Shown in pieces: positions 43,195 to 52,303 of a stretch of 64,000 nucleotides of DNA. Location of the stretch: assembly GCA_963705255.1 (NCBI GenBank), contig OY970061.1:1344001-1408000 (forward strand). Direction: 5' to 3'. How positions within the stretch are numbered: position 1 is the first letter of the stretch; every line of letters begins with the position of its first letter. A model generated the notes under the pieces. The model was not told the DNA's origin and did not search any database. It worked only from the letters and a program-made list of their open reading frames with translations. The position numbers and the translations under genes are program-made. The DNA is from an uncultured Methanoregulaceae archaeon (GTDB lineage Archaea; Halobacteriota; Methanomicrobia; Methanomicrobiales; Methanospirillaceae).

Positions 43195-44184
43195 TTATAT
43201 TGCTTCTACAGAAGCTACAGGCATTATAGTATTTAATGTAGAATCTTGAAAAAAATATTTTTTGGGGACCCTTTCTATTGCAAAACGAATCCTTTTAGAG
43301 GCGATATTGTAAGCTTTCTCATTCAGCTCAATGCCGACAGATTTACGACAGAGCTCCAAGGCACCTAGCATTGTGGTTCCGCTCCCTGCATGAGGATCGA
43401 GAACAAGATCATTTTGTTTTGATGACGCTAGAATAATCCATCGTATTAAATCCAGCGGTTTTTGAGTTGGATATTCAGAATTACTTATTATGGGGGGAAT
43501 TTCAAGGATACTTTTTGGATATCTTTTTCCAACATTCTTCATGGAATATGGTTCTTTTTTGAAAGAATCCTGAGTCGCGGGATGATTCTTTTTCCTATTA
43601 CGAGTATATGGTTTGCCGTTTGTCATGACTTGTTTTGTGTAAAATTTTGTATTATCGATTCGAGCTCCTTTTTTACAGAAAACGAATATATTTTCATGAA
43701 TCGGTAGCGGTTTGAAATTGGAAGACCAGGGTATATTATTGCGGTTCCAGATTATCTCAAATCTGAAATCAAAATATTTTCTGAAACTATTATAGACATC
43801 AATCAATGAGGGTTGCTTTCCAAAAATATAGACAAGGCCATTATCATTTAACACGTTATGATAAAGATCAGCCAAAACATCCCAATCTGGAGCTTCGTCC
43901 CATGGAAGCTTAGTAATACCATAGGGAGGATCGTCAATGATAAGATCCACAGAACTTGGAGATAATGTTTTAAGATGTTCCTCGCAATAGTCTTGCACTA
44001 ATGTTGGCTGATAAAATGAAGGAGGATCACGCCCAAATGATGTAATATGTCTAAATTTATTCTTATCACCTTGTCGATAATATTCGACCAAGTAATAGTA
44101 ATTTCCATTTACCCCTTTTGATTTTTTTATGTAATAACGTGACAGTCTGTGTTCATCGACTTGATCTAAGGAAAGAGGAGACAT
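43195..44184 (-). CDS. Beta-class N4/N6 DNA methyltransferase with N-terminal extension
   Basis: DPPY (motif IV) precedes YPTQKP and VLDPHAGSGTT (motif I). Confidence 0.92.
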   Translation of the reverse strand: MSPLSLDQVDEHRLSRYYIKKSKGVNGNYYYLVEYYRQGDKNKFRHITSFGRDPPSFYQPTLVQDYCEEHLKTLSPSSVDLIIDDPPYGITKLPWDEAPDWDVLADLYHNVLNDNGLVYIFGKQPSLIDVYNSFRKYFDFRFEIIWNRNNIPWSSNFKPLPIHENIFVFCKKGARIDNTKFYTKQVMTNGKPYTRNRKKNHPATQDSFKKEPYSMKNVGKRYPKSILEIPPIISNSEYPTQKPLDLIRWIILASSKQNDLVLDPHAGSGTTMLGALELCRKSVGIELNEKAYNIASKRIRFAIERVPKKYFFQDSTLNTIMPVASVEAI

Positions 44185-44390
44185 CAGTGATCAAGGCCTC
44201 CCATTTTTTCTTTGGATTTTGACTCATTTGGCTCAGTTTTTCCTCCGACCCGCTTGAATTCAAAAACCATTCTTCTTATTGCATCTCTAGCTGCTTCTGC
44301 TTCATTGAGATAATAGGTGCCAACAATTTTTTCGAATTCTTTTGATAGTTCGTCAGGTAGATCGGTATGACATTTCTTTGTTTTTGCCAC
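44184..44390 (-). CDS. Ribbon-helix-helix (CopG-like) protein
   Basis: beta-strand-LPDEL...YLNEAEAARDAIRR; stop overlaps the MTase start. Confidence 0.75.
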   Translation of the reverse strand: MAKTKKCHTDLPDELSKEFEKIVGTYYLNEAEAARDAIRRMVFEFKRVGGKTEPNESKSKEKMGGLDH

Positions 44391-44680
44391 AAAGTTACTC
44401 TAGAGTAATTATGTAAATACTTTGCGATTACTTTGTAGTAACTAATGAATATCTTTTTATCTTCATTCTTAATCCGTGGTCTCATCCATTTCCTATCCTA
44501 TGTGAAATTATTCCACACAAGTCTCATCGCGAAGAATGGGGCCAGAAGATTACCCGAAACGCTCCCACAAACATTTCCATTCATGAGCAGGTTATACGAC
44601 GGTATCGTGCTTCAGAAAGATGCCGCACGAGAACATTGACCCCTAGGTAACCCAAACATCCGCGAACTATCCCCACCCCT

Positions 44681-44999
44681 TCCCAAAACCTTCCGGCCCA
44701 ACTCAGTACCTCCCAAAAATAATTTTGCCTCAGGTCCGATCGCGCCAAAATTTTTTTTGGCGCAACTCAGTACGAGCCAGAAAAATATCTGGGACCCCCT
44801 CCCAAAAATGACCGTTCACGCCTAAACACCAGTTGTCTGACACGGCCCGGTCGCGCCAAAAAAATATTTGTCCCAACTCAGATCGGCCCAAAAAAATTTT
44901 TGGCGCAACTCAGTACGAGCCAAAAAAATATTTGCCTCGCACTGGATCGAGCCGGAAAAATATCCGGCGCGATCGGGACCGGGCCGGAAAATCTTCCGG
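44681..44999. repeat. Two blocks of exact 32-bp-period palindromic repeats
   Basis: 16-bp CCRRAAAAWWWTYYGG-like units at 44681, 44713, 44745, 44777 and 44856, 44888, 44920, 44952, 44984. Confidence 0.88.
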
Positions 45000-45111
45000 A
45001 CCGCACAACCCAATCAACTGACCAACCCCTCTCTTCCGGTCCGCAACGGGAAAAAGAACTCCATGCAAGATCCGCAAGGATATTCACCACAGGTAATAAA
45101 ATACGTGCAGG

Positions 45112-45480
45112 ATGCTGAAGACCAGCTACTTCGCGAGGAGTGCCAAAGAGCCCGGTGCGGTCTCGATAGCCCGCTTCCCGCCGCGATGGTATTCCGGCAG
45201 GAGATACTTCAGGCTCGCCCCGACACCTGAGATGCTGAAACTCGAGGACTGGGAAGAATACCAGAGAAGGTACCGGGAGGAGATCCTCTCGGGCCTCGAT
45301 CCCGATGAGATCCTCCGGGACCTGGACGTTGCGGGGGCAGGTCATGATGTCATCCTGCTCTGCTTCGAGAAGGAACGGACGCACTGCCACCGCGGGCTGG
45401 TCGCAGAATGGTTTTCTGAAACAATAGGGCTCGAAGTCCCCGAAGTCGGATCCCCGTCCACGATCCAGGCGACACTCTAG
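45112..45480 (+). CDS. DUF488 family protein
   Basis: KTSYF, VSIAR.PP, LAP, LLCFEK...CHR..VAEW. Confidence 0.85.
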   Translation: MLKTSYFARSAKEPGAVSIARFPPRWYSGRRYFRLAPTPEMLKLEDWEEYQRRYREEILSGLDPDEILRDLDVAGAGHDVILLCFEKERTHCHRGLVAEWFSETIGLEVPEVGSPSTIQATL

Positions 45481-45568
45481 AACCTGTGGTTGGCAGTCGC
45501 GAGCCTAGCGAGGGGGATACGGGACCGGCAGGAACGGGGAATGACAGCCAACCTGCCGGAAAACCAAC

Positions 45569-45603
45569 CTATATATTTCCGTCCCGCAATTAACAATTGT
45601 GAA
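45569..45603 (+). promoter_or_regulatory. cysK promoter: TATA box followed by TTAACAATTGTGAA palindrome
   Basis: CTATATATTT at 45569-45578; palindrome at 45590-45603. Confidence 0.7.
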
Positions 45604-45687
45604 TTATTCTCCGGCAGAAGCCCCATCCCCGAAAAGAGCCAACGGACACCGGAGACAGAATCCCTGAATTCCTGAGAGAGGTTGCCT

Positions 45688-46671
45688 ATGAAAATCCACG
45701 ACAATATCACCAAAACCATCGGCAATACCCCGCTCGTCCGGCTGAACCGGGTGACAAAAGGCCTGGACGCAACCGTGCTTGCCAAAGTCGAGTCCTTCAA
45801 CCCGATGGGCAGCGTGAAGGACCGGATCGGGGTTGCCATGATCGAGGCTGCCGAGACCGCAGACCTGATAACGCCGGATACCATCATCCTCGAGCCGACA
45901 AGCGGCAATACCGGTATCGCCCTTGCCATGGTGGCCGCTGCCCGGGGTACAGGATCACGCTGGTCATGCCGGAGACGATGAGCATCGAGCGGCGCAAGCT
46001 CCTCAAAGCCTTCGGCGCCGAGCTCATCCTCACGCCCGGCAAAGAGGGGATGAAGGGAGCGATAGGAAAGGCCGAGGCCCTCCTAGCAGAGAACCCCCGG
46101 TATTTCTACATCCCCCAGCAGTTCCGGAACCCGGCAAATCCCGCCATCCACCGGAAGACAACGGCAGAGGAGATCTGGCGGGACACGGACGGGAAGGTGG
46201 ATGCCGTTGTCTCCGGTGTGGGGACCGGCGGGACAATCACGGGAATAGCCGAAGTGATCAAGCCCCGCAGGCCCTCGTTCAGGGCCATCGCCGTAGAACC
46301 CGATGCATCCCCCGTCCTCTCGGGAGGCCAGCCCGGCCCGCACAAGATCCAGGGCATCGGTGCGGGTTTTGTTCCCGACGTGCTCAGGAAGGATCTCCTG
46401 GACGAGGTGATCCGCGTGACATACGAGGATGCTGTTGCCGCCGCACGGAAGATGGCCAGAGAGGAGGGCATCCTCATCGGCATCTCCGGCGGGGCAGCGA
46501 TATGGGCAGCGCTCCAGTCTTGCGGCACGGAAGGAGTACGCAGGCAAGACCATCGTGGTCATCCTGCCGGATACCGGGGAGCGGTACCTGAGTACGGAAC
46601 TCTTCGAAGTCCGGGATGTTAACCAGGACCCCGGAGAGGAGAAGGATCGTCAGTATCCTCCGGCCGGGTAA
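45688..46671 (+). CDS. cysK: Cysteine synthase A (frameshifts near 45945 and 46515)
   Basis: [47 protein letters not shown] across three frames. Confidence 0.92.
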
Positions 46672-46683
46672 CGGGGCAGGATC

Positions 46684-47646
46684 ATGGTCTTCGACCGCCT
46701 CCGGGAAGAGATCCGGGCAATCTTTTCCAAGGATCCCGCCGCCCGCTCAACCCTCGAGATCCTCTGCTGTTACCCCGGGCTCCATGCCCTCTGGTTCCAC
46801 CGCCGGACGCACTGGCTCTGGACCCATAACTGGAAATTCTGGGCCCGGTTCGTCTCCCATATCAGCCGGTTCCTGACCGGCATCGAGATCCATCCCGGGG
46901 CGCAGATCGGGCGCCGCGTGGTCATCGACCACGGCATGGGGGTCGTCATCGGCGAGACTGCCGAGGTCGGCAACGATGTCCTCATCTACATGGGCGTAGT
47001 GCTCGGGGGCACTGCCCTTGAGAATGTCAAGCGCCACCCGACGGTCGAAGACAACGTGATCATCGGTTCCGGTGCGATAATTCTCGGCCCGGTACGTATC
47101 GGGGCGGGCGCGAAGGTGGGGGCGGGGTCCGTGGTGGTCCGCTCCGTACCCCCGGGCGCCACGGTCGTCGGGGTCCCGGGAAGGATCGCCGGACCGGAAT
47201 GCGGGACACGACCGGAAGACGAGGAGGCCATGCCCGACCCGATGCTCAGGGTGGTCAGCCGGCTCCTCGACCGGCAGAACCAGCTCGAGGAGAGGCTCCG
47301 CGCCCTGCAGCAGTCGCTCCCCCCCGCCCCGGGCGAGGACCGCAGGGCAGAACAGGTCTGCGAATCGGAGATACGGCAGGTGCTCAGGGAGGTGATCGAT
47401 CCCGAGGTGGGGATCGATATCGTGGACCTCGGCCTCATCAAGGAGATCCGCGTGACCGCGAACCATGTAGAGATCGACATGATCCTGACCAGCAAGGCCT
47501 GCCCGCTCGTGGACCACCTCTCAGAGCAGGTGAAACGGAAGGTGCTGGGCGTGTGCGGGATCGAGGAAGTCGACGTGAAGGTCCTCGACGAGCCCTGGAA
47601 CTGGGACCGGTTCGTGCACCAGCGGGGAGCGCTCAAGAAGATCTGA
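46684..47646 (+). CDS. cysE: Serine O-acetyltransferase fused to C-terminal DUF59
   Basis: [23 protein letters not shown]; then [16 protein letters not shown]...CP..PW. Confidence 0.92.
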   Translation: MVFDRLREEIRAIFSKDPAARSTLEILCCYPGLHALWFHRRTHWLWTHNWKFWARFVSHISRFLTGIEIHPGAQIGRRVVIDHGMGVVIGETAEVGNDVLIYMGVVLGGTALENVKRHPTVEDNVIIGSGAIILGPVRIGAGAKVGAGSVVVRSVPPGATVVGVPGRIAGPECGTRPEDEEAMPDPMLRVVSRLLDRQNQLEERLRALQQSLPPAPGEDRRAEQVCESEIRQVLREVIDPEVGIDIVDLGLIKEIRVTANHVEIDMILTSKACPLVDHLSEQVKRKVLGVCGIEEVDVKVLDEPWNWDRFVHQRGALKKI

Positions 47647-47880
47647 AAACCCGGATGACCACGACAGCCCGGAAGACGCGGGCTTGAGATCCGGTGGCCG
47701 CCCGGTCTCTCTCATTCAGGGAAACCGTCAGGCTCCAGAGGGACAAAAGGAGACCGGGTTTTCCACCTTCTCATTCAGCATGGCCGGTATCGTGCGGGAT
47801 AGGAACTGACTCCATAAAAACGATACATCTGCTCTCACCGGGTTTCTTTTATTTCACTCCGGTTTCATCCTCTGACGGAT

Positions 47881-48948
47881 TTAGTGCGAATGCGCAGGCA
47901 GCCCGTCATGGTCGTGCTCCGCAATATCGTGATAGTCAGGCCCCGAGGCAGTCGACGGGTCGACATGGATGGTGGCATCCGAAAGATACCGAAGATGGTG
48001 AAGGAGTTCGTGCCGGAACTCTTTCGCAATCGCATGGCCTTGTTCCACGGAAAGGGATGAACCGACCGTGATGTTGACCTCCGCATGGAGCCGGTGGCCC
48101 AGCCAGCGGACCTTTACATCGGTGATCTCCACCACTCCTTCAACGTACTCAGCAGTATGGCGGATCTCGTCGGTGATTGACGGGTCGACGCCATCGAGCA
48201 GCCGGGTGAAGATCGTTTTTCCCGACTCCCAGACAATCCAGAATATGATGATCGTGATGATGAGACCGATGACCGGGTCGGCAATCGGGAACCCGAGATA
48301 GACCCCGGCCGCACCGATCAGGACTGCAAGGCTCGCAAGCCCGTCTGTCCGTGCGTGCTGGCCATCTGCAACGAGCGCTGCACTGCCGATCTCGTTTCCT
48401 ACCCGGATGCGGAGCCGGGCCACGGCTTCATTCCCGGTAAACCCGACAAGTGCTGCCGCTGCTACCGCCCAGAGGAACGTCACCTGCTGCGGGTGAAGGA
48501 GGCGGTCTATGGAGACGTACCCGGCAACAACAGCCGATACCAGAATCATCAGAACCACGAACACGCCCGCAAGGTCCTCGACCCGCCCATACCCGTAGGT
48601 GAACCGTTTCGTCGGCTTCCACCGGGCCAGCAGAAACGCGAACAGGAGCGGGATCGCGGTGAACGCATCGCCGAAGTTATGGATGGTGTCGGCGAGCAAT
48701 GCGATGCTGCCGGAATAATAGACGATGATTATCTGGAACAGTGCGGTGATGAAAAGGCCGGCAAACGACCACTTGACCGCCCGGATCCCCCGTTCGGTGG
48801 TGAGAATGGATGGATCGACAATACCATGCGTGTGGGCATGGCCGTGGTGATGGTCGTCACGGTCATCCCCGCGATCATGCCCGGGGAGATGGCCATGATC
48901 AAGTCCGTTATCTTCCCGGGATTCATGGTCTTCAGTAGTGAGGATCAT
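47881..48948 (-). CDS. Cation diffusion facilitator with His-rich termini
   Basis: SIALLADTIH, YGYGRVE, ADGQHARTD, IHVDP. Confidence 0.92.
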   Translation of the reverse strand: MILTTEDHESREDNGLDHGHLPGHDRGDDRDDHHHGHAHTHGIVDPSILTTERGIRAVKWSFAGLFITALFQIIIVYYSGSIALLADTIHNFGDAFTAIPLLFAFLLARWKPTKRFTYGYGRVEDLAGVFVVLMILVSAVVAGYVSIDRLLHPQQVTFLWAVAAAALVGFTGNEAVARLRIRVGNEIGSAALVADGQHARTDGLASLAVLIGAAGVYLGFPIADPVIGLIITIIIFWIVWESGKTIFTRLLDGVDPSITDEIRHTAEYVEGVVEITDVKVRWLGHRLHAEVNITVGSSLSVEQGHAIAKEFRHELLHHLRYLSDATIHVDPSTASGPDYHDIAEHDHDGLPAHSH

Positions 48949-48966
48949 GCTCTTTCACCTCCTCAT

Positions 48967-50154
48967 TCACCCGGCCGGGTCTGGGGAAGGGTTCGTAGTG
49001 TCCAGGGAGACCACCGCGATGGTATTGCCGCTCTCCCGGCAGTACGTCCCGACCCGCCGGAAAACATGCGGCACCATCGACCCCGGGGTCAGGAGGAGCG
49101 AGGATTCCCCGACGAGTGCCCGCAGGATACTTTTGTCTATCACGCCGTACGTGAAATCGAGCGATATCGATTCACGCTCGGCCAGATTCTTCGCCCTGGT
49201 CCCCATTGCCCCGCACCTGTACGACGGGTGGTCTGCTATCCACGCCAGGATCTCACCGGCACCGCTCTTATCCACGTCGCAGACCGTGATGGTCCCAAGG
49301 GCCCTGCCCGCGTGTGGTTTACTGAAGCTCTGTTCGAGCGAGCTGACCAGCTGGAGGACGGACTTCGGCGACTCCGTCTTCTCCATCATCTGCCGCGAGA
49401 CGAGCTCCGTGTAGACTTCCAGCACCGCAGGCATCCGGAGATTGGCAGCAGCAATGAGTGCCGTGCTGGTGAAGACCTCCTCGGGAGAGCCGGCATGGAT
49501 CACGGTCCCCCTGTTCATGAGGATGATATGGTCCGCCCAGAGGTACGCGAGCTCCACGTCATGGGTCGAGATGATGATCGTCGTCCCCCTCGCATTGAGT
49601 TCGTCGAGCAGCTCCATGAGGTCCGCGGCCCCGGCCGGGTCGAGCGAGCTGGTGGGTTCGTCGAAGATGAGGACCTCCGGCTCCATTGCAAGGGTACCGG
49701 CGATTGCGGCCCGCTTCTTCTCGCCACCGCTCAGCTGGTGGGGCGGCCGCTTCTCGTACCCGGTAAGGCCCACGGCCGCAAGCGATCGGGCAACCGCCGC
49801 CTGGATCTCGTCCGGCGTCATGCCGAGGTTGAGGGGGCCGAACGCCACGTCCTGGTACACCGTCGGGGCAAAGAGCTGGGTATCCGAGTTCTGGAATACC
49901 AGCCCCACCTTCTTCCGCACCTCACGCAGCGAGCGGCTGTCGTACCGGAGCGGTTCACTGTTGAAAAGCACCCGTCCCTTTGAGGGTTCAAGAACTCCGT
50001 TGCACATCAGGAGCAGGGTGGTCTTCCCGGCCCCGTTGGGGCCGACCAGTGCAACCTTGGCTCCTTTTTTTATCGAGAATGTTACCCCGGAAAGCGATTC
50101 ACGGCAGTTCGGGTAGGCATAATGAATATTGTCAAATTCGAGCAGGGTTGTCAT
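48967..50154 (-). CDS. cbiO: ECF cobalt/nickel transporter ATPase with C-terminal extension
   Basis: GPNGAGKT, LSGGEKKR, DEPT. Confidence 0.88.
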   Translation of the reverse strand: MTTLLEFDNIHYAYPNCRESLSGVTFSIKKGAKVALVGPNGAGKTTLLLMCNGVLEPSKGRVLFNSEPLRYDSRSLREVRKKVGLVFQNSDTQLFAPTVYQDVAFGPLNLGMTPDEIQAAVARSLAAVGLTGYEKRPPHQLSGGEKKRAAIAGTLAMEPEVLIFDEPTSSLDPAGAADLMELLDELNARGTTIIISTHDVELAYLWADHIILMNRGTVIHAGSPEEVFTSTALIAAANLRMPAVLEVYTELVSRQMMEKTESPKSVLQLVSSLEQSFSKPHAGRALGTITVCDVDKSGAGEILAWIADHPSYRCGAMGTRAKNLAERESISLDFTYGVIDKSILRALVGESSLLLTPGSMVPHVFRRVGTYCRESGNTIAVVSLDTTNPSPDPAG

Positions 50155-50157
50155 AGG

Positions 50158-50953
50158 TCACCGGAAAGGCACTATCGTGCTTGTCATGATCGCAACCGTG
50201 ATGCAGAGGCCCAGATAGACAGCGATTGACACAATTGCCGCTGGTTTCGGGGGATTCTGCTGACCGAGTAATTCCAATTTACCATCATAGCATCGCGAAT
50301 CCATTGCAATGACCAGGTCCTCGGCCTCTTTCCATGCCCTGATAAAGAGCATAGCGCCGAGCATGGCCATTGAATTGAGAGAGCGTTTGAATGTGGTATA
50401 TCCTTGCCGGATGGTCTGGGCATTGTGGATAGCGATTGTCTGGGCGATAAAGACGAAGATAAAATGGTAGATCAGCATGGAAAGATCGACCACAACGGGA
50501 GGAACCCGCAGTTTGTGCATGACAGAAAAGATCTCGATCATGGGAGTTGTCAGGGCAATGAAGAAGAGCCCGCACATCCCGCCAAAGGTCCGGACAAGTA
50601 CCGAGGGATGCAAGGTTCGCGGAGCCGGTCGTCACGGTCAGAGGGACATTGGCGAGGGTAAACGTCAGGATGGGTTGCCCGCCCCCGCTTAAAAACAATA
50701 TCACAATCACTGAACAAAACGCAAATATCAACGGTATGTGGAGGAGTTCGATATAGACCCGTACCGGTATTTTTGCAAACAGAAGGGTGATTGCAGAGAG
50801 TGTAATGAGGATAAAAAGCGGGGCCAGTGGGGCCGGAGAAGCAACACAGATGAAGATGGCACCCATACCGAGGATAAGTTTAAGATAGCAGTTTACGTCC
50901 CGTAAGGCATTTGCCTGGGCATAGTAATCCAGATTCTCTTCCATAAACGTCAT
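50158..50953 (-). CDS. cbiQ: ECF transporter T component (frameshift near 50610)
   Basis: ALTTP, AQTIRQG, AMDSRCY. Confidence 0.85.
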
Positions 50954-51005
50954 AATGATTACCTATACTCTGACGTCTTAAACGTCGGAAAATTGAAAAG
51001 ATGGA

Positions 51006-51332
51006 TTATGTAGGTTTTGCACTATCGCGTTTACCCCGGTAAAATCCGAAGAAGTATCCGATTACGAACGCTCCAAGACCTGACTGGATGCTGAAGAGCA
51101 GGGACTCGACTTCAGTGCTGGGCGGCGTCCAGATAGGCTGTATCCACGGAGTATATCCCGTGACCTCGATTGCAGCGCTGCCCATATCATCCGATCCCTG
51201 CCAGGTCTCCTGCCCGGGTTTGGCGGTTGCCTGGATAGTGGCATTATTTATGAGGAAGACCGCTGCAAAGATGACGATGAAGACCGCAAAGAGGATTTCA
51301 AGTCTGAACTTCATGAGTGTCTTGAAGTTCAT
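51006..51332 (-). CDS. cbiN: ECF cobalt transporter CbiN
   Basis: GSDD, YTPW..P.WTPPS.EVESLLFS.Q. Confidence 0.9.
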   Translation of the reverse strand: MNFKTLMKFRLEILFAVFIVIFAAVFLINNATIQATAKPGQETWQGSDDMGSAAIEVTGYTPWIQPIWTPPSTEVESLLFSIQSGLGAFVIGYFFGFYRGKRDSAKPT

Positions 51333-52027
51333 GCGAAATCCCCCATAATTTTCGAAACCTGCTCTTGTGTAAGCACCCTGAGTTTGACGAGAATATCGCC
51401 CCGGCTCTGGACGATGTATTTGAACACCATTGCGATAAGCAGGCCTTCAACGATCGCAAGAGGAACCTGCGTAACCGCATAAATTGCAAAGAAAGTCTCA
51501 AAGGAGATCAGGAACCCCCCGTGCGTTGCCGGGAATGCCGCTGCGAGCTCAATCGCCGTGATAACATAGGTAAAGAGATCCGCGACAAATGCGACGAGGA
51601 AGATATTTACGAATATGTTCAGGTTCACTGCCTTTGCCACCCGGTACACCGCATACCCGAGAAGCGGTCCCGCAATCCCCATCGAGAAAAGGTTGGCGCC
51701 AAGCGTAGTGATCCCTCCGTGGGCCATGAAAAGTGCCTGGAATATCAGCACGATCACGCTGAGAACAACGGTGATAAAAGGACCAAACAGGACAGTCGAT
51801 AACCCGGTCCCCGTGGGATGGGAACAGCTTCCCACGACAGGAGACGGCATCTTCAATGAGGATAAAAGGAAGATAAAGGCTCCTGACACTGCAAGCAGTG
51901 AGAGTGTGTCACGGTTTTCCTTAACCTGGCGATTCAGGAGATAAATCCCATAGACAAGGAACGGAGCTGATACGAGGTACCAGAAGACGCACCATTGCCA
52001 GGGCAGAAATCCTTCCATTATGTGCAT
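51329..52027 (-). CDS. cbiM: ECF cobalt transporter S component
   Basis: MHIMEGFLP, SCSHPTG, AHGGITTLGAN. Confidence 0.93.
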   Translation of the reverse strand: MHIMEGFLPWQWCVFWYLVSAPFLVYGIYLLNRQVKENRDTLSLLAVSGAFIFLLSSLKMPSPVVGSCSHPTGTGLSTVLFGPFITVVLSVIVLIFQALFMAHGGITTLGANLFSMGIAGPLLGYAVYRVAKAVNLNIFVNIFLVAFVADLFTYVITAIELAAAFPATHGGFLISFETFFAIYAVTQVPLAIVEGLLIAMVFKYIVQSRGDILVKLRVLTQEQVSKIMGDFA

Positions 52028-52303
52028 AGTAATACAGGATCAACTTTACTTGCACTAACTAAATAAAACTTGCTTGTCGGGTGCGTGATCCTTTTTAAAG
52101 ACCGGTCCGGACCGGAGGTGCCACCCGCAGGAAGGCGCGTTCAGCGCGTCCTGTCGGATCCCCGCACGCTATTTCATTGCATGCCAATCTGATCACCATG
52201 AAGCTGACCGGGCCCGGACAGAAAAAAACCGGCATGACCCCTAAGAAACTTCAGAACACTCTTCCAGCGGGTTCCACCGAGCCGAAGAAATCATAACGCC
52301 GGC

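Larger units (their letters stand above)
39760..44560. mobile_element. AT-rich horizontally acquired cassette
   Basis: Abrupt, visible shift to AT-rich composition; five co-oriented genes; boundaries approximate; no integrase seen. Confidence 0.75.

Noticed and set aside
44681-44999. CRISPR or TIGR array
   Set aside because: Units are only 16+16 bp, the repeats are degenerate, spacers are duplicated or related to each other, and no cas or Nop-domain gene is adjacent.
35760-45540. Complete provirus or integrative element
   Set aside because: No integrase, transposase, replication or packaging gene, and no att direct repeat or flanking tRNA was found.
52028-52300. Cobalamin riboswitch or NikR box upstream of cbiM
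   Set aside because: No B12-box was recognised; GTAA-N13-TTAC near the start is a single weak instance.
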